The position numbers and the translations under genes are program-made. A stretch of DNA of 64,000 nt from Candidatus Spongiisociaceae bacterium (GTDB lineage Bacteria > Actinomycetota > Acidimicrobiia > Spongiisociales > Spongiisociaceae): contig OZ253564.1 of assembly GCA_965262915.1 (NCBI GenBank), positions 4,960,001 to 5,024,000 of the forward strand, written 5' to 3'. Every line of letters starts with the position of its first letter. Position 1 is the stretch's first letter. Positions 10,123 to 21,405 of the stretch are shown here, piece by piece. The notes beneath the pieces are model-generated. The model searched no databases. It was not told the origin of the DNA and worked only from the letters and a program-made list of their open reading frames with translations.

Positions 10123-10875
10123 GATGTACGAGTTGCGTCGGCACCTGTGACGGCCGGCGGGCCGGTCCCGAAAAAGGGACCCGGTACCTATCGGCGCGAC
10201 TGCATCATCATGGGCGTCGCTGTCGGGGTGACCGGGACCACGTTCGGGGTGTTCGCAGACGCAGCCGGCCTCGACCTGCCACGGGTTGTAGCCATGTCTG
10301 CACTGATGTTCACCGGCGCATCACAGTTCGCGGCGGTCGGCGTCATCAACGACGGAGGGACGGGCGGTGCAGCGGTAGGTGCGGCCCTGCTGCTGGCTGC
10401 CCGCAACACCCTCTACGGTCCGGTGGTGCGCCGTGCTTTGCCGGTCTCGACACTGGCCCGGCTGGGCGCAGCCCACTTCGTGGTCGACGAGACCACCGCT
10501 ATGGCCGCTGCTCAGACCGGCCGCCGGGCCGCCGCCGGCGCCTTCCGGTTGGCGAGCATCAGTCTTTGGCTGTGCTGGAATCTGGGCTCGGTCGTTGGAG
10601 CGGTGGCCGGCTCTGTCCTGGGTACACCCGAGACATGGGGACTCGACGCTGCATTCCCTGCCATCTTCGTCGCGCTGCTCCCTGCCCATCTGCGCACGGT
10701 GGCTGGACGAACGGCAGCAGCGGCGGCAGCAGCTATCGCGTTGGGTGCGGTGCCGTTCACCGCGCCCGGAATCCCGATCCTGCTGTCGGTACTCGCTTTG
10801 CTGCCTGCGCTTTACGTTCGAGCCCGCCGACAGCGGCTACCGGGTCCTGGAAACGAGGCGGGGGCCGCGCCGTGA
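10123..10875 (+). CDS. azlC: AzlC family branched-chain amino acid export permease
   Basis: MSALMFTGASQF, VDETTA, GLDAAFPAIF; start codon approximate. Confidence 0.88.
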   Translation, partial: DVRVASAPVTAGGPVPKKGPGTYRRDCIIMGVAVGVTGTTFGVFADAAGLDLPRVVAMSALMFTGASQFAAVGVINDGGTGGAAVGAALLLAARNTLYGPVVRRALPVSTLARLGAAHFVVDETTAMAAAQTGRRAAAGAFRLASISLWLCWNLGSVVGAVAGSVLGTPETWGLDAAFPAIFVALLPAHLRTVAGRTAAAAAAAIALGAVPFTAPGIPILLSVLALLPALYVRARRQRLPGPGNEAGAAP

Positions 10876-11171
10876 GCTGGCTGTTGCTGATCGTGCTCGT
10901 GGTCGGCTCCTACGCCTTGAAGGCCTTGGGCGTCACAACGCTGGGCAGCACTATCGAGCGCAGGCTAGGCCCGGTTGTGGCGCTTGTACCGGCCTCGTTG
11001 TTCACGGCCCTTATCCTGGTCATGACCGTCGAGGAGGCCGGCGAACTGGTAATCGACGCGCGGCTCTCAGGAGTAGCCGCCGGGGCTGTGGCTGTGTGGC
11101 TCAAGGCACCGCTCATCGTCGTAGTGCTGACAGCCATGGCTGTCACTGCCGGGCTTCGAGCCCTATCCTGA
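10872..11171 (+). CDS. azlD: AzlD family small membrane subunit
   Basis: GTGA overlap with azlC; about 99-aa hydrophobic protein with SYALKALG and IDAR. Confidence 0.85.
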   Translation: MSWLLLIVLVVGSYALKALGVTTLGSTIERRLGPVVALVPASLFTALILVMTVEEAGELVIDARLSGVAAGAVAVWLKAPLIVVVLTAMAVTAGLRALS

Positions 11172-11284
11172 TCGACCAACTTGCCCTTGAGGGTGTCCGG
11201 CGACTCGGGGGGATGGCCGCTTGCCAAGGCATGATCTATCCGTGAATCACCAAGACGTCCCGCTGGTGGTGGCGTGAGGCGATG

Positions 11285-12362
11285 TCACTTCAGAACGGCC
11301 TGCTCCCATAGGCGCCAATTCCCTTCGATTTGACCGCCCCGGATGCCATACAGCGTGTTGACCGACGCCAGAAGCCCGTCGCAGGAGTTCGGAACGATCG
11401 TAACCAAGTCTCCAATGCAAGGGCGTGCAGGTGCGTCCGGGAGTTCGACCACTGCGTGCTCCGTGTAGAGGCGGGTGATTCGAGCTTCGGGATACTCCAG
11501 GATGTGCTCGTAAGTGGACCGGCCGGGAATCTCGTTGTTGGAAAGTATCCGCCATCCAACGTCGAGGACAACTCGATTGGCGTTCGGTCGGCTGATTACG
11601 GTGCTAACCACCCGTAATGCACAGTTCTCATAGGTCACCAGTCCATATTCGACTTTGGTGGCGTCGTAGAACGAGTAGTTGCCGGGCCGAGCTTCCGTGA
11701 CCGTCTTCGGCGGACAATCCGGCCAGGCTCGCATCGCGAACACTGTTCCTCCGACGCTCACCGAAGGGACATCGATTCCAGCGCGGGCCAGTCGGGATAC
11801 GACCTCTGCCAGAAGAGCTTCGCTTCGGTCGATATCGGAACACTCCGGATTGCCACCCAGGTAAGCGGCAAGCCCGGCAAACTCGAGGACCGGCGATTGG
11901 GCGACCGCTTTGGCGAGCGCCGCGGCTCGGGTCGGCAAATCCTGTGCGAGCGCCGCCGATATCGCACTCGACATACACAGGAGCCTTCCGGCCAAAGATT
12001 ACGGCAACCCGGGATAATTTTTCGATAGCTTCGTCCGACTCTGCGGTAATAGCCAATGCCGTACGGGCCTGAAGCTCCATGAACCGACTTAGCTTCTTGC
12101 TGTCCACCAGCGAGTTGGTAAGCAGGATCTCCCTGAACCCTGCCGCGACCATCGTCTCTACTTCGTCAAGGGTCTGGCAGGCGATACCCGCCGCGCCTGC
12201 CGAAACTTGCATCCGACCGAGCGCCGGGACGCGATGCACCTTGATGTGTGGACGAAGGCTGATCCTGCTCTCTCCCAGCCTCCGGTGCATAGCGATGGTG
12301 TTGGCCTCGAAGGTATCGATCATCACCATTGTGAATGGTGTCGAGAGAGTGTCCGGCGTCAA
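11285..12362 (-). pseudogene. PLP-dependent D-threonine aldolase/DSD1 (alanine racemase fold) enzyme, frameshifted
   Basis: N-half (LRPHIK, ECDIGGARTG) and C-half (EARPGNY.FYD, TEHAVV, IVPNSCD) lie in different frames; shift near 11925. Confidence 0.8.
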
Positions 12363-12380
12363 GCCAGAGATACGATCCCC

Positions 12381-12857
12381 TTACCTGGATCCATGTGGAT
12401 GGGGGTGGTCGTCCTGGGGCCCGCAGCCATCGCAGAACCCCAGGAACGCGAAGTGGTGGGGGTTGGTTTGGAAACCGTACTTGTGATGGAGGAGTTCGTA
12501 AAGAGAGGAAAACTCCGAGTGAGGTATCTCGATTGTCTTGCCGCAGAATTCACACACCAGGTGTTCGTGGTCGTGTTCCAAGGTGACGTGCCACTTTCCG
12601 GATTGCCCGTTCTTCAGCGGAATGTGATGGACCAGTCCGATACGGGCGAGGTCGTCAAGGACCCGGTAAACCGTGGACGCTTCTATGCGGCCGGTGCTTT
12701 TCAATACATGATCAATGATCATCCGGGCGCTGATGAAAGGCTCATCACTCGTTACCAGGGCACGGACTACGGCTCTTCTGGGAAGAGTCAACCGCAATCC
12801 AGCCTCCCGGATTTTCTCGATTAACAGGTCTTCAGTCAGAACGACATCGGTGGACAT
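12381..12857 (-). CDS. Fur family metalloregulator, probably Zur-like
   Basis: GLRLT.PR, STVYR.L, HDHEHLVCEFCG, GFCDGC, His-rich tail. Confidence 0.88.
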   Translation of the reverse strand: MSTDVVLTEDLLIEKIREAGLRLTLPRRAVVRALVTSDEPFISARMIIDHVLKSTGRIEASTVYRVLDDLARIGLVHHIPLKNGQSGKWHVTLEHDHEHLVCEFCGKTIEIPHSEFSSLYELLHHKYGFQTNPHHFAFLGFCDGCGPQDDHPHPHGSR

Positions 12858-12892
12858 GCGCCTGGTGGATTGTAGCACGTGCATATGGCACC

Positions 12893-12913
12893 TGTTGCAA
12901 CTTGTTGTCATCA
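12893..12913 (-). promoter_or_regulatory. Putative Zur/Fur box (autoregulatory)
   Basis: Imperfect 21-bp palindrome TGATGACAACAAGTTGCAACA about 35 bp upstream of the Fur-family gene; resembles the actinobacterial Zur consensus. Confidence 0.55.
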
Positions 12914-13016
12914 ACAACATCATCGACTTTGCCAACCACTGGCAGCTTCGGTATCAAGGGGGTCAATCTCTTGCCCGCATCTGCGGATCGGTTGCCTGCT
13001 CGAGCCTCCATTCTGT

Positions 13017-14124
13017 TCAGCCGCGAAAGCGGGCCGGATGGATGATGGTCGGGTCAACGTCGGCTTCCAGCAGGTCGTCGGGCAACCCCACGCCCAACAC
13101 CTGGCTGACCAGTAGAGCCCCATATGCGGGCGAGGTGCGGATGCCGACACCCCCTTGGCCGACCAGCCAGAAGAAGCCCGGCGCGGCCGGATCCTCGCCG
13201 ACCGCCATCTCTCGATCGGGAGCGAAAGTGCGAAGGCCGGTCCATTCGGAGTTGACCGAGCGTATTCGGAGCGTTGTTGCCTGGTTAATGCGGTCGATGG
13301 CAAGGGCCACGTCCTCGGTTCGCGGCCTAGGGTCCGTGGGCTGGGAGAACTCCTCCTCGGCAACGGAGCACAGCAACTGTACGCCGTCGGGTTTGAAGTA
13401 GAAGCGCCGGTCGGCGTCCACCACCATCGGCCAGTCTGCGTAGTCCGACTTACCCGGGACCATGAACACCGTCCGGCGAAATGACTTGAGGCCGATCGGC
13501 GCCACTCCCGCCATGATCTCCCCATGCACCCGCTGCGTTGATGACCGCCCGACACCCTATCCGCGGCCCACCGCCCGTGACAATCCAACCTGTCATTGTC
13601 CGATCGATGGCTGTAACCGCCGCCTTGGTTCGGATCTCGGCTCCATGTCGGGGGGCGACTCGCAAGAAAGCCTGGTGGAGGGCGGCCACGTCGAGGTCAC
13701 GAGCGGTCGGCTCATACAGGCCACCGACTATTCGGTCTTGCCTCATCACCGGCACCATATCCATCACTTCTTCACCTGAAAGAAACACTGTTCCGGTTGC
13801 CGAGGCACCTCCCCCTCTCCTCCCGATCTCCTCCAAACCGGGCATCTGGTGCTGGTCCGCCACCCACAGCAATCCCCGATCGGTCAGAAGCGGCGCGTCT
13901 GTGGCGCTCGGCGGTGGGTTCTCCAGGAAGCGTCGGCTAGCCCTGCCCAGTGCTCTGGAACCCGGGTCTTGGTAGTTGAGACGGAACATTGCCGCGGAGC
14001 GTCCCGTAGCGTGGTAGCTGAGGACAGGCTCCATCTCCAATAGGATGACCGACCCGTGGGGAGCGAGGTGCGCCGCAACCGACATCCCGGCAATCCCGCC
14101 GCCGATCACAACGAAGTCGATCAC
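13017..14124 (-). pseudogene. FAD-dependent oxidoreductase (DadA/DAO family), frameshifted
   Basis: VVIGGGIAG, HATGRSAA, NAAGAWG, then a frame change near 13515 to WTGLRTFAPD and GQGGVGI. Confidence 0.85.
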
Positions 14125-14250
14125 TCGGGGCGATCCTCGGCGCTGCGTCCTGCGGTACGGCCCGGCAGTGACGACGGGGAAAGATCTGTTTGGTTCCTTC
14201 CGGTTGCAAACTGTCCCTTCAAAGGGCGCTTCCAACTCTTCCGGTGATCG

Positions 14251-15551
14251 TCACAGGGCCGGTCGGGCAGATGAAGGAGACCGCTCCCCACTCGCCGCGA
14301 TGACGCCGGTCGTCTCGAGGAAGGTGTCCACTTCGGCCGGGGTGATGTAGTGACAGGTAGAGATGCGTATTACAGGACCACAGCCGAGAGCTTTGAGGAC
14401 GCGCCCCGAATAGACATCCATGTTCCGAGCCCGCACCCCGATTCCGGCCTGTGGGTACATACCAACCGCGGTGTTCGCATCGGCTTCATCGAAGCTGAAC
14501 ATGAGGATGCAGATACGAACTTTGGGGCCGTCGGAGGATCCGTGGGTGCGTACCCCCGGGATCTGCGTCAGTCCCGGTGTGGTATCCGAGCCGCGCCAGA
14601 ATCGCTCCAGGAGGAAGGCGTCATGCTGTGCGGTGGCCTGCATGGCGATCAGCACTGCTTGGCGGCGATCGGCCGGATCACCTAACTCGCCACCCAGCCA
14701 CTCCAGGTACTCCACTACTTCGGCCCAGGCGGCGAAGGTTGCGTCCTCCATGGAGCCCAGTTTCCACGCGTCGGGTGGCGCCCCCTCCAGTTTCCAGTGC
14801 GGGAGAGCCGCCAAGCGGTCTGAAAGGACGCCGAAGCCGATGCCCTTGATCCCGAACACCTTGTATGGCGCGAATATGTAGGCGTCAACGCCTAGACGGA
14901 GGGAGTCGACCGGGTAGTGAGCGGCGTACTGGACGCCGCCGACAATGGTGATCACATCGGGGCTTCGAATCCGCGCTCCGGCGGCGATCTCAGCCACATC
15001 CACCATCGCACCCGTGTCATTGGACGCGTGGGTGGTAACTATCGTATCGGTGCCCCCATCGACCAGATCCAGCACGCTCGAAGCGGCCACCCTGCCGGTG
15101 ACGGGGTTCAGCGGCGCCACCCGAATCTGCTTCCCGTGCTGACGGCCGAAGAATCGCGCTGCATCGTATGCTGCCGGGTGATCAAGATCACTGGTCACGA
15201 TATTGCTCCCGTTTCCCGCGGCCAACGCTGCTCCGACGACTCGGAAGATGGCATGTACCGCGCTCATGGCCGGCATGACCACCCGATCGCCGGCACCCAG
15301 GAAGTCGCGGACCGCTGCGATTCCCTGTCCTATCGAGGTGTTTGCCTGTATGGAGGCGGGGCTGGGACGCCCGATAGCGTCGGGCCACCGGCTCATCTCC
15401 TCCAAAGTGTTCACAGCCTGTTTGAGACGCTGTGAACCTGCTGCTCCATCAAGGAACACCCGACTACCGGATATCGGATCCTGGTCCGGGTAGTACAACC
15501 GGTCCTTATCCGCTCCAGCAACTCGGGGGCAAATGGTTTGGCGGCGGTCAT
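14251..15551 (-). pseudogene. Aminotransferase class V (cysteine desulfurase-like), 1-bp frameshift near the N-terminus
   Basis: GGAGG-ATG MTAAKPFAPELLERI; frame shifts at ~15505 (GG where GGG would restore it) into FLDGAAGS, DHPA, HASN.TG, FAPYK. Confidence 0.75.
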
Positions 15552-15816
15552 CGAACCTCCGGCTTGAGGGTTGCCGACAACCAGGTTTCCCGGTCGCGTC
15601 CTGGTCGTCCAGCCCAGGTGGGCACGGCGTTGGATCCTGGCGGGGAAAAGCGGATGACCACCCCACGGTTGGCAAGAGGATGGTGTGGCAGGCATGCTCA
15701 TCGTCATTCGAAACCTGCGGTATCGCCAAAGAGAATTTATCGCTACTGTTGGCAATTGTACTATGTATGATTATAGTGCTAGTGCAATACCGTCCGCAAG
15801 CAAAACGGGGGTCAAA

Positions 15817-16878
15817 GTGAAAGAGACGGCATCGGGCCAGCCCCACGACCACCCCCACGACCACGACCACGGTTCTTCGTTCTGGTCCGGGATCAAGCAT
15901 GGATTGAGCGAGTTGTTCGGAATGCACTCCCATGACCCCGCGGAGTCAATCGACAGCGATCTCGAAAGCAGCTCTCGGGGGATCAAGGCGCTGGTTATCT
16001 CGTTCTCCGTGTTGATGGTGACCGCTCTGATCCAGGCGGGGATTGTCTTGCTTACAGGCTCGGTGTCGCTGATCGCTGATACCATTCACAATTTCTCCGA
16101 CGCACTCACCGCCGTGCCACTGTTCGTCGCCTTCCGGCTGGGGAGGAGGGCAGCCACCCGTCGCTACACCTACGGCTACCGTCGAGCGGAGGACCTCGCC
16201 GGGCTCTTTGTGGTGTTGATGATCTTCATTTCTGCCATCGTGGTTCTCTGGGAGTCCATCAATCGGCTTTTCAATCCACGGGAACTCGAGTATCTCGGCG
16301 TGCTCTTCGCCGCTGGAATAGTGGGTTTTGCCGGCAACGAACTGGTGGCCCTATATCGCATTCGCATTGGCAGACAGATCGGATCGGCTGCTTTGGTGGC
16401 CGACGGGCGTCACGCTCGCGCCGATGGATTCACATCGCTGGCCGTGGCAGCCAGTGCGGTGGGTGTTTGGCTGGGCTTTGAGCATGCCGACCCGATCGCG
16501 GGGATCGTCGTCGGTATCGTGATCCTACGCGTCATGTGGTCGGCGGCGCGTGACATCTACGGGCGGCTCATGGACGCAGTCCAGCCGGACTTGGTCGACG
16601 AGATTGAAAGTGTCACCCTCTCCGTCGACGGAGTGCTCGGTGTCAATTCTTGCCAGGTGAGGTGGATGGGCCATCGTCTACGGGCTGACATCTCGATCGG
16701 CGTCGACTCGAGCCTTTCGGTAGGAGATGGCCACACCGTTGGAGAACATGTGCGCCATACCCTCCAACATAAAGTGCGGTTCCTTGATGAAGCATTCGTG
16801 CATGTCGACTCGGTAGCCGCCGCTATCTCAAAAGAGGACACCCCCCAAGTCATCGAAGCAGGAGAACGAGCCATTTGA
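15817..16878 (+). CDS. Cation diffusion facilitator (Zn/Co/Cd efflux) with His-rich N-terminus
   Basis: ADTIHNFSDA, YTYGYRRAEDLAG, ADGRHARAD; N-terminal HDHPHDHDH. Confidence 0.92.
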   Translation: MKETASGQPHDHPHDHDHGSSFWSGIKHGLSELFGMHSHDPAESIDSDLESSSRGIKALVISFSVLMVTALIQAGIVLLTGSVSLIADTIHNFSDALTAVPLFVAFRLGRRAATRRYTYGYRRAEDLAGLFVVLMIFISAIVVLWESINRLFNPRELEYLGVLFAAGIVGFAGNELVALYRIRIGRQIGSAALVADGRHARADGFTSLAVAASAVGVWLGFEHADPIAGIVVGIVILRVMWSAARDIYGRLMDAVQPDLVDEIESVTLSVDGVLGVNSCQVRWMGHRLRADISIGVDSSLSVGDGHTVGEHVRHTLQHKVRFLDEAFVHVDSVAAAISKEDTPQVIEAGERAI

Positions 16879-17453
16879 CAGCATGTAGGGCGCGGTCACG
16901 AAATATGGCCACGGATCACACCAAAAGAGAAAGACAGTGAACCTGTAATACAACAACCGCCACTGGTCGCGTTGGGTGGTATAGGTTTCCGTATTGGCAT
17001 TGATCGCCGCACAGCATGGCCTTGGCATAGCCCGTGAAGAAGGTATCAGGTGTGACTGAACCGTGCCGGATCAAGCATCATTTTTGTGCATTGGAAGACA
17101 CTCCGCGTGGTGGAACACACCGTCGCTGACAAGAGGAGACCGCACGAACGTGGGTGGGTCCGGTTGGCTCGGGAGCTAGTCGAAAACTTCCGGACCCCCC
17201 ATCGGCGTTGCGTTCTATTGCGGTGACGCCCCGGAGCCCGGAGGACAGTCACCCACCCAAAAAAGGGGTTGGTTTCTCTATTGGATAGACATGGAAAAAC
17301 TTGTCTACTTGCCATGGATACACATACCCTCGATTCGACAGAGAACCTCTTCTTGGCGCCGATACCATTCGTTTCTGGTGGTACTCCCGACCATCCGTGG
17401 TAACTGCTCTAAGAGGACTTAGCGACAGCCACACATCTGATAAGGGGCTCTTC

Positions 17454-18933
17454 GATGCTCCTATGGTTGTCAAGTCGGTGATGGGGCCGGTTCGTGGGTT
17501 AGGAGCCAGGTCTGGTATTGGCTGGCGAGTTGGTGGTTGTGGTCTCGGCCGCGTTCGAGTGCGGAGATGCGGCTGGGGTGGGTTCCGAGCTGTTGGGCGG
17601 CCTGGGTGACGGTGATGTTGGCGTGTTGACGTCGGCGGCGGAGCCGGGCGCAGTTCGGGGTTGGTGGCGGGTTGGTCAGCAGTCGGTAGATCTGTGGGGC
17701 GATGTGCCGCTTGAGGCAGCGGATGATCTCTTTTCGGTTCTTTGCTTCCCCCTGGCGCCGTGCCACGTATTGGTTGGTGGCTGCGTCGTGGCGTATCCGG
17801 GTGGTAGCGCATCGGCCAGAGCGCGTTGTTGGCTTGGCGGTTACCTCCCCGGTTGAGACGATGCCGGATGGTCTGTCCCGATGATGCCTGGACGGGGCTG
17901 GCGCCGCACAGCGCCGCGAAGGACCGTTCTGATTTCATCCGTCCGGGGTTGTCGCCGGCTGCGACTAGCAGGGCGGCTGCGGTGTCAGGGCCCACACCTT
18001 TGGCGGCTAACAGAGCCGGGTTCGCCTCGGCGCAGAGGCGACGGATCTCGATCTTGAGTTCTGCGATTTCTGTGTCGAGGGCTTGGTATCGGCGGGCGAG
18101 GTGGCGTAGAGCCATCTTCGCGTACGCCGCAGTGGTCTGTGCTTCACCGGGACGCCAGCGGGCACAGACCCGAACCCGGGCCTTGAGCTTGAGGCCTCTG
18201 AGCTGGCGTTTTACCTGTTCAGGTGCGGTAACGGCCACAGAATGTATCTGGTTAGCGGCCTGGGTGCGGGCCTTGGTAGCCGAGCGGCGGGCCACCAACA
18301 ACATCCGTATGCACTCAACGGGGCCGTCACCAGATTTGGGAACTGCGGTAGCTTGCCCCGAGGCCGCTGCCCGAGCTGCCGCCTCGGCGTCGACGCTGTC
18401 GGTCTTGCCGCCCCGCTGGCGGCGTAGCTGCCGGTTCGGCCGGTTCACTTCTACCACCTCGATGCCCGCCGCCATCAGATAGCGGGCTAGGCCGGCGCCG
18501 TAGCTGCCGGTGCCCTCCACTCCTACCCGGAGCAGGTGCCCGTGGGTTCCGAACCACCTGGTCATCTGCTCATATCCGACCGGATCAGCCCCGAACGGTG
18601 CCGTTCCCAGCACCCGACCGGCGCCATCAACCACCGCCGCAACATGGGTATCACGATGGGTATCAACCCCACCGAACACAACCCGACCATCTTCTCCCAT
18701 GACACCTTCCTCCTCTGCGGGATAGAATCATTTCCGATCCCCGGACCCGGCAAGCGGTGGACAGGCCACTCACGGTGGAGGAAGATCAAAGCTCCTATAA
18801 GGTCACATCCGCCCCGGGTCAGGGGGTTACACCCCCAAGCTGGGAACAGGCCGACAGATCGATGAAAAGGCACAAAGCCAGATTTCAGTTGGGTCAGACC
18901 CGCCCTAGCCCAGGAACCTTCTAATTATGAGTG
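17454..18933 (-). mobile_element. IS110 family element A (DEDD recombinase 17470-18700, frameshift near 17810, C-terminal HTH)
   Basis: GGVDTH, GVEGTGSYG, KTDSVDA, RHRLNRGGNRQAN; right end TTGACAACCATAGGAGCATC; inserted in the ISL3-A 3' IR. Confidence 0.93.
18730..18915 (-). ncRNA. Putative bridge RNA of IS110-A
   Basis: Non-coding left end contains ACTGAAATC (= left target), TTCATCGAT (approx. revcomp of right target), ATAGGAGC (= left donor) and TGAGTGG (revcomp of right donor), in that order; boundaries approximate. Confidence 0.75.
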
Positions 18934-20583
18934 GATTTCAGTGGGGAGTGACGGTGGCCAATAGGTCCCAGTTGGGTTTCCCCGCGTAGAGAAGGGCCCG
19001 GATTCGGTAGTTCGCGAAGTTGGGTAACCCGAACGCGATCCGTTTGATCCTCTTGATGAGGTTGTTGAGGGCTTCGGTGGGTCCGTTGGTTACCTTCGAG
19101 ATGTGCCAGTTGGTGATCTGGGGGGTCCAGCGGGCGATGGTGCGACCCAACTTGTTGATCTCGGGTGGGCAGGATTCGTCCTGGAGGTCGTCCGCGAGCC
19201 CGACGGTGTATCGGAGAGCAAGGGCGGGACTGTCGACCCCGTAGATGCCCCGTACCGTTTCCTTCGCGTGCCAGGCGGTGCGCACTTCGCTGTGGGGGTC
19301 ACCAGCGTCGAGGAGACCACGCAGCCGTGTTTGACCGCGGTCGCTGATCCTCTCGGAAGCGGCGGTGAGGAGCCGCCGTATCCGATACAGCGGGTCATCC
19401 TTGCGGCCTCGATGCCCGAGGGTTTCGTTTTGGACCCTTCGTCGTAGGTCGTCGAGTCGCTGGTTGGCCAAGCGGATGACGTGGAAGGGGTCCGCTACCT
19501 GCACAGCGTTCGGCAACACCCGGTCGTACGCCTTCCGATAAGGCCCTGACATGACCCGGCACCGCCCAGCGGATCCCGTCGAGCCACTCGGGGGGCTGGG
19601 ATCGGAACCACGACACCGCGCTATCAGCCGTTCTACCACCGACTATGTCGATCAGGTGGCGGCCTCCCACATCGACGACAGAAGTGCACCAAACCTTGGT
19701 GCGCCACCGGCCTTTCCGCCCCAACAACGCTTCTTGTCGATACCCACAGCTCCGACCTCGCCTATCCGATCGGTGTCGGCCCCCAACAGGGCATCGCCCC
19801 AACGGACGACCTCGTTGTTCACCGTATGCCACCCACAACCCAACTCCGAGGCGACCTCGTCGACCGGGCGGCCCCGCCCACCCACCTGGACGGTCACCCA
19901 CCGAGCCGCTCTCGATGTCAACAACGCCCGTTCGGGACCAATCTTGGGGTCTTGTTCGATGAACGACCTGATCGCACACCCCGAGTTCGGACACGTCCAG
20001 CGCCGTTTCCTCCACCGCAGCCGCACAGGCCGTCCGAACGCCGGTAAATCCACTAACACCACACTCCGATAGCCTTTCGACCACACCGACCCGCCACATG
20101 CCTCACACACCGGCCGGGCCTTGCGGGACCCGATCACCACCTCCAACGGTGCACCCTCGCCCAAGTCGTTGATCCCGACCAGATCAACCTCGCCCAGGCC
20201 TACCAACTTCTCGCACATGCGCGTAGGATCACACTCCACAGGGGTCCTCCTGCCTCGGATGTCTGTTACCAACCATCCGATTATGGAGGACCCCCCATCA
20301 CTTCTGGTCGATTACGGCACCACCTAGCCGACCCCCTACTCCCCCCTCATTTCCGAAGAGCCTGATAAGGCATACCTGAGTTATCGGATAGCACCAAGAA
20401 ACTATAAGCCTGTAGATGCACATATAGCTCCACACACATATCTTCGCCATTAATAGGCTTACGACAGGTTTTGGTTAGCTAGTCAGGGGTTCTGCCATAG
20501 CCGTCCGCTCAGCGAATAGGAAAACGTCGAGAGGCCCGATTCCGGGGATGGATTCGAAGAGACCGGAGCCGGTTCCGCTGGTG

Positions 20584-21150
20584 GACCTCGGGCCAATACG
20601 AATACGAGTTGAGGGGACTGGAAACGGGCGTCGGGTACGACGTGCAGATACGGGCGGTCAACAGTGCGGGCGCCGGTCCATGGTCCGCCACCGAGGTGGG
20701 AACACCCCGTGCGGTGCCGGACGCTCCTGTGATCGGCTCGGTCGCCGGGATTTCCCGGGGGCTCACGTTGGGGTGGGGCGCTCCGGCGAGTGCAGGCACC
20801 GAGCCGATCACCGCCTACGACGTGCGGCATATCCGCAGCGACGCTGCGGACAGGAGCGATGCCAACTGGACCGTGCACCTCGCGGCGTGGAGGTCGGGGG
20901 TTCGGGAGACACGGTGACAGGCTTGGAGATCGGTACGGAGTACGACATGGAGGTTCGGGCGGTCAGCAGTGTCGGCGCAGGCCTCTGGTCAGCTACGCGC
21001 ATGGGGACGACGGCGCTCTCCGACGATGCCACGCTCAGCGTCCTTTACCCTGCCCGGCCTGCGGGTAAGCGCAGAGAACACCGGCGGGACGGGCAGCTAC
21101 ACCCTCGGCGGGCCCGACGCCGACCTCTTCGACCTGGACACCACAACGGG
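20584..21150 (+). pseudogene. Fragments of a fibronectin type III / cadherin-like surface protein
   Basis: GLETGVGYDVQIRAVNSAGAGPWS and GLEIGTEYDMEVRAVSSVGAGLWS (Fn3); SYTLGGPDADLFDLDTTTG (cadherin-like); in shifting frames. Confidence 0.75.
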
Positions 21151-21405
21151 CCGTTGCTCCCCACCGTTTTGCAGCACCCTCCTAAGCCTGAATCCATCGA
21201 TTCATGTTCCGAAGACCAGTCCTGACCAGGGCGGTCTCCGGGATCCACCACTCACAGGAAGTTGCTCCTCTTCCCAGGACCGAACCATCCTTACCAATAG
21301 CTATCGCCGCAGATCAGGAGGCATTTCCACCATATCTCCATGTCCGCTGCGCGCTCCCCATCGGTGGATTCAGGCTAAAGGGCCGTTCCGAAGTGGAGGG
21401 GCCGG

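Larger units (their letters stand above)
17446..20362 (-). mobile_element. ISL3 family element A (frameshifted transposase 18938-~20240) with nested IS110
   Basis: IRs GGCTCTTCG...CGAAGAGCC; 8-bp TSD TGATAAGG (17438-17445, 20363-20370); ADPFHV and TNGPTEALNNLIKRIKRIAFG motifs. Confidence 0.93.
17243..20583 (+). repeat. ~410-bp non-coding leader module, copy 1 (17243-17445 plus 20363-20583; split by ISL3/IS110)
   Basis: Collinear homology with 22463-22872 on both sides of the ISL3 insertion. Confidence 0.85.

Noticed and set aside
17450-18936. ATGAGTG as a shared target motif of both IS110 elements
   Set aside because: It belongs to the IS left end (donor side and junction promoter). Removing it is required to restore the ISL3 IR and stop codon.
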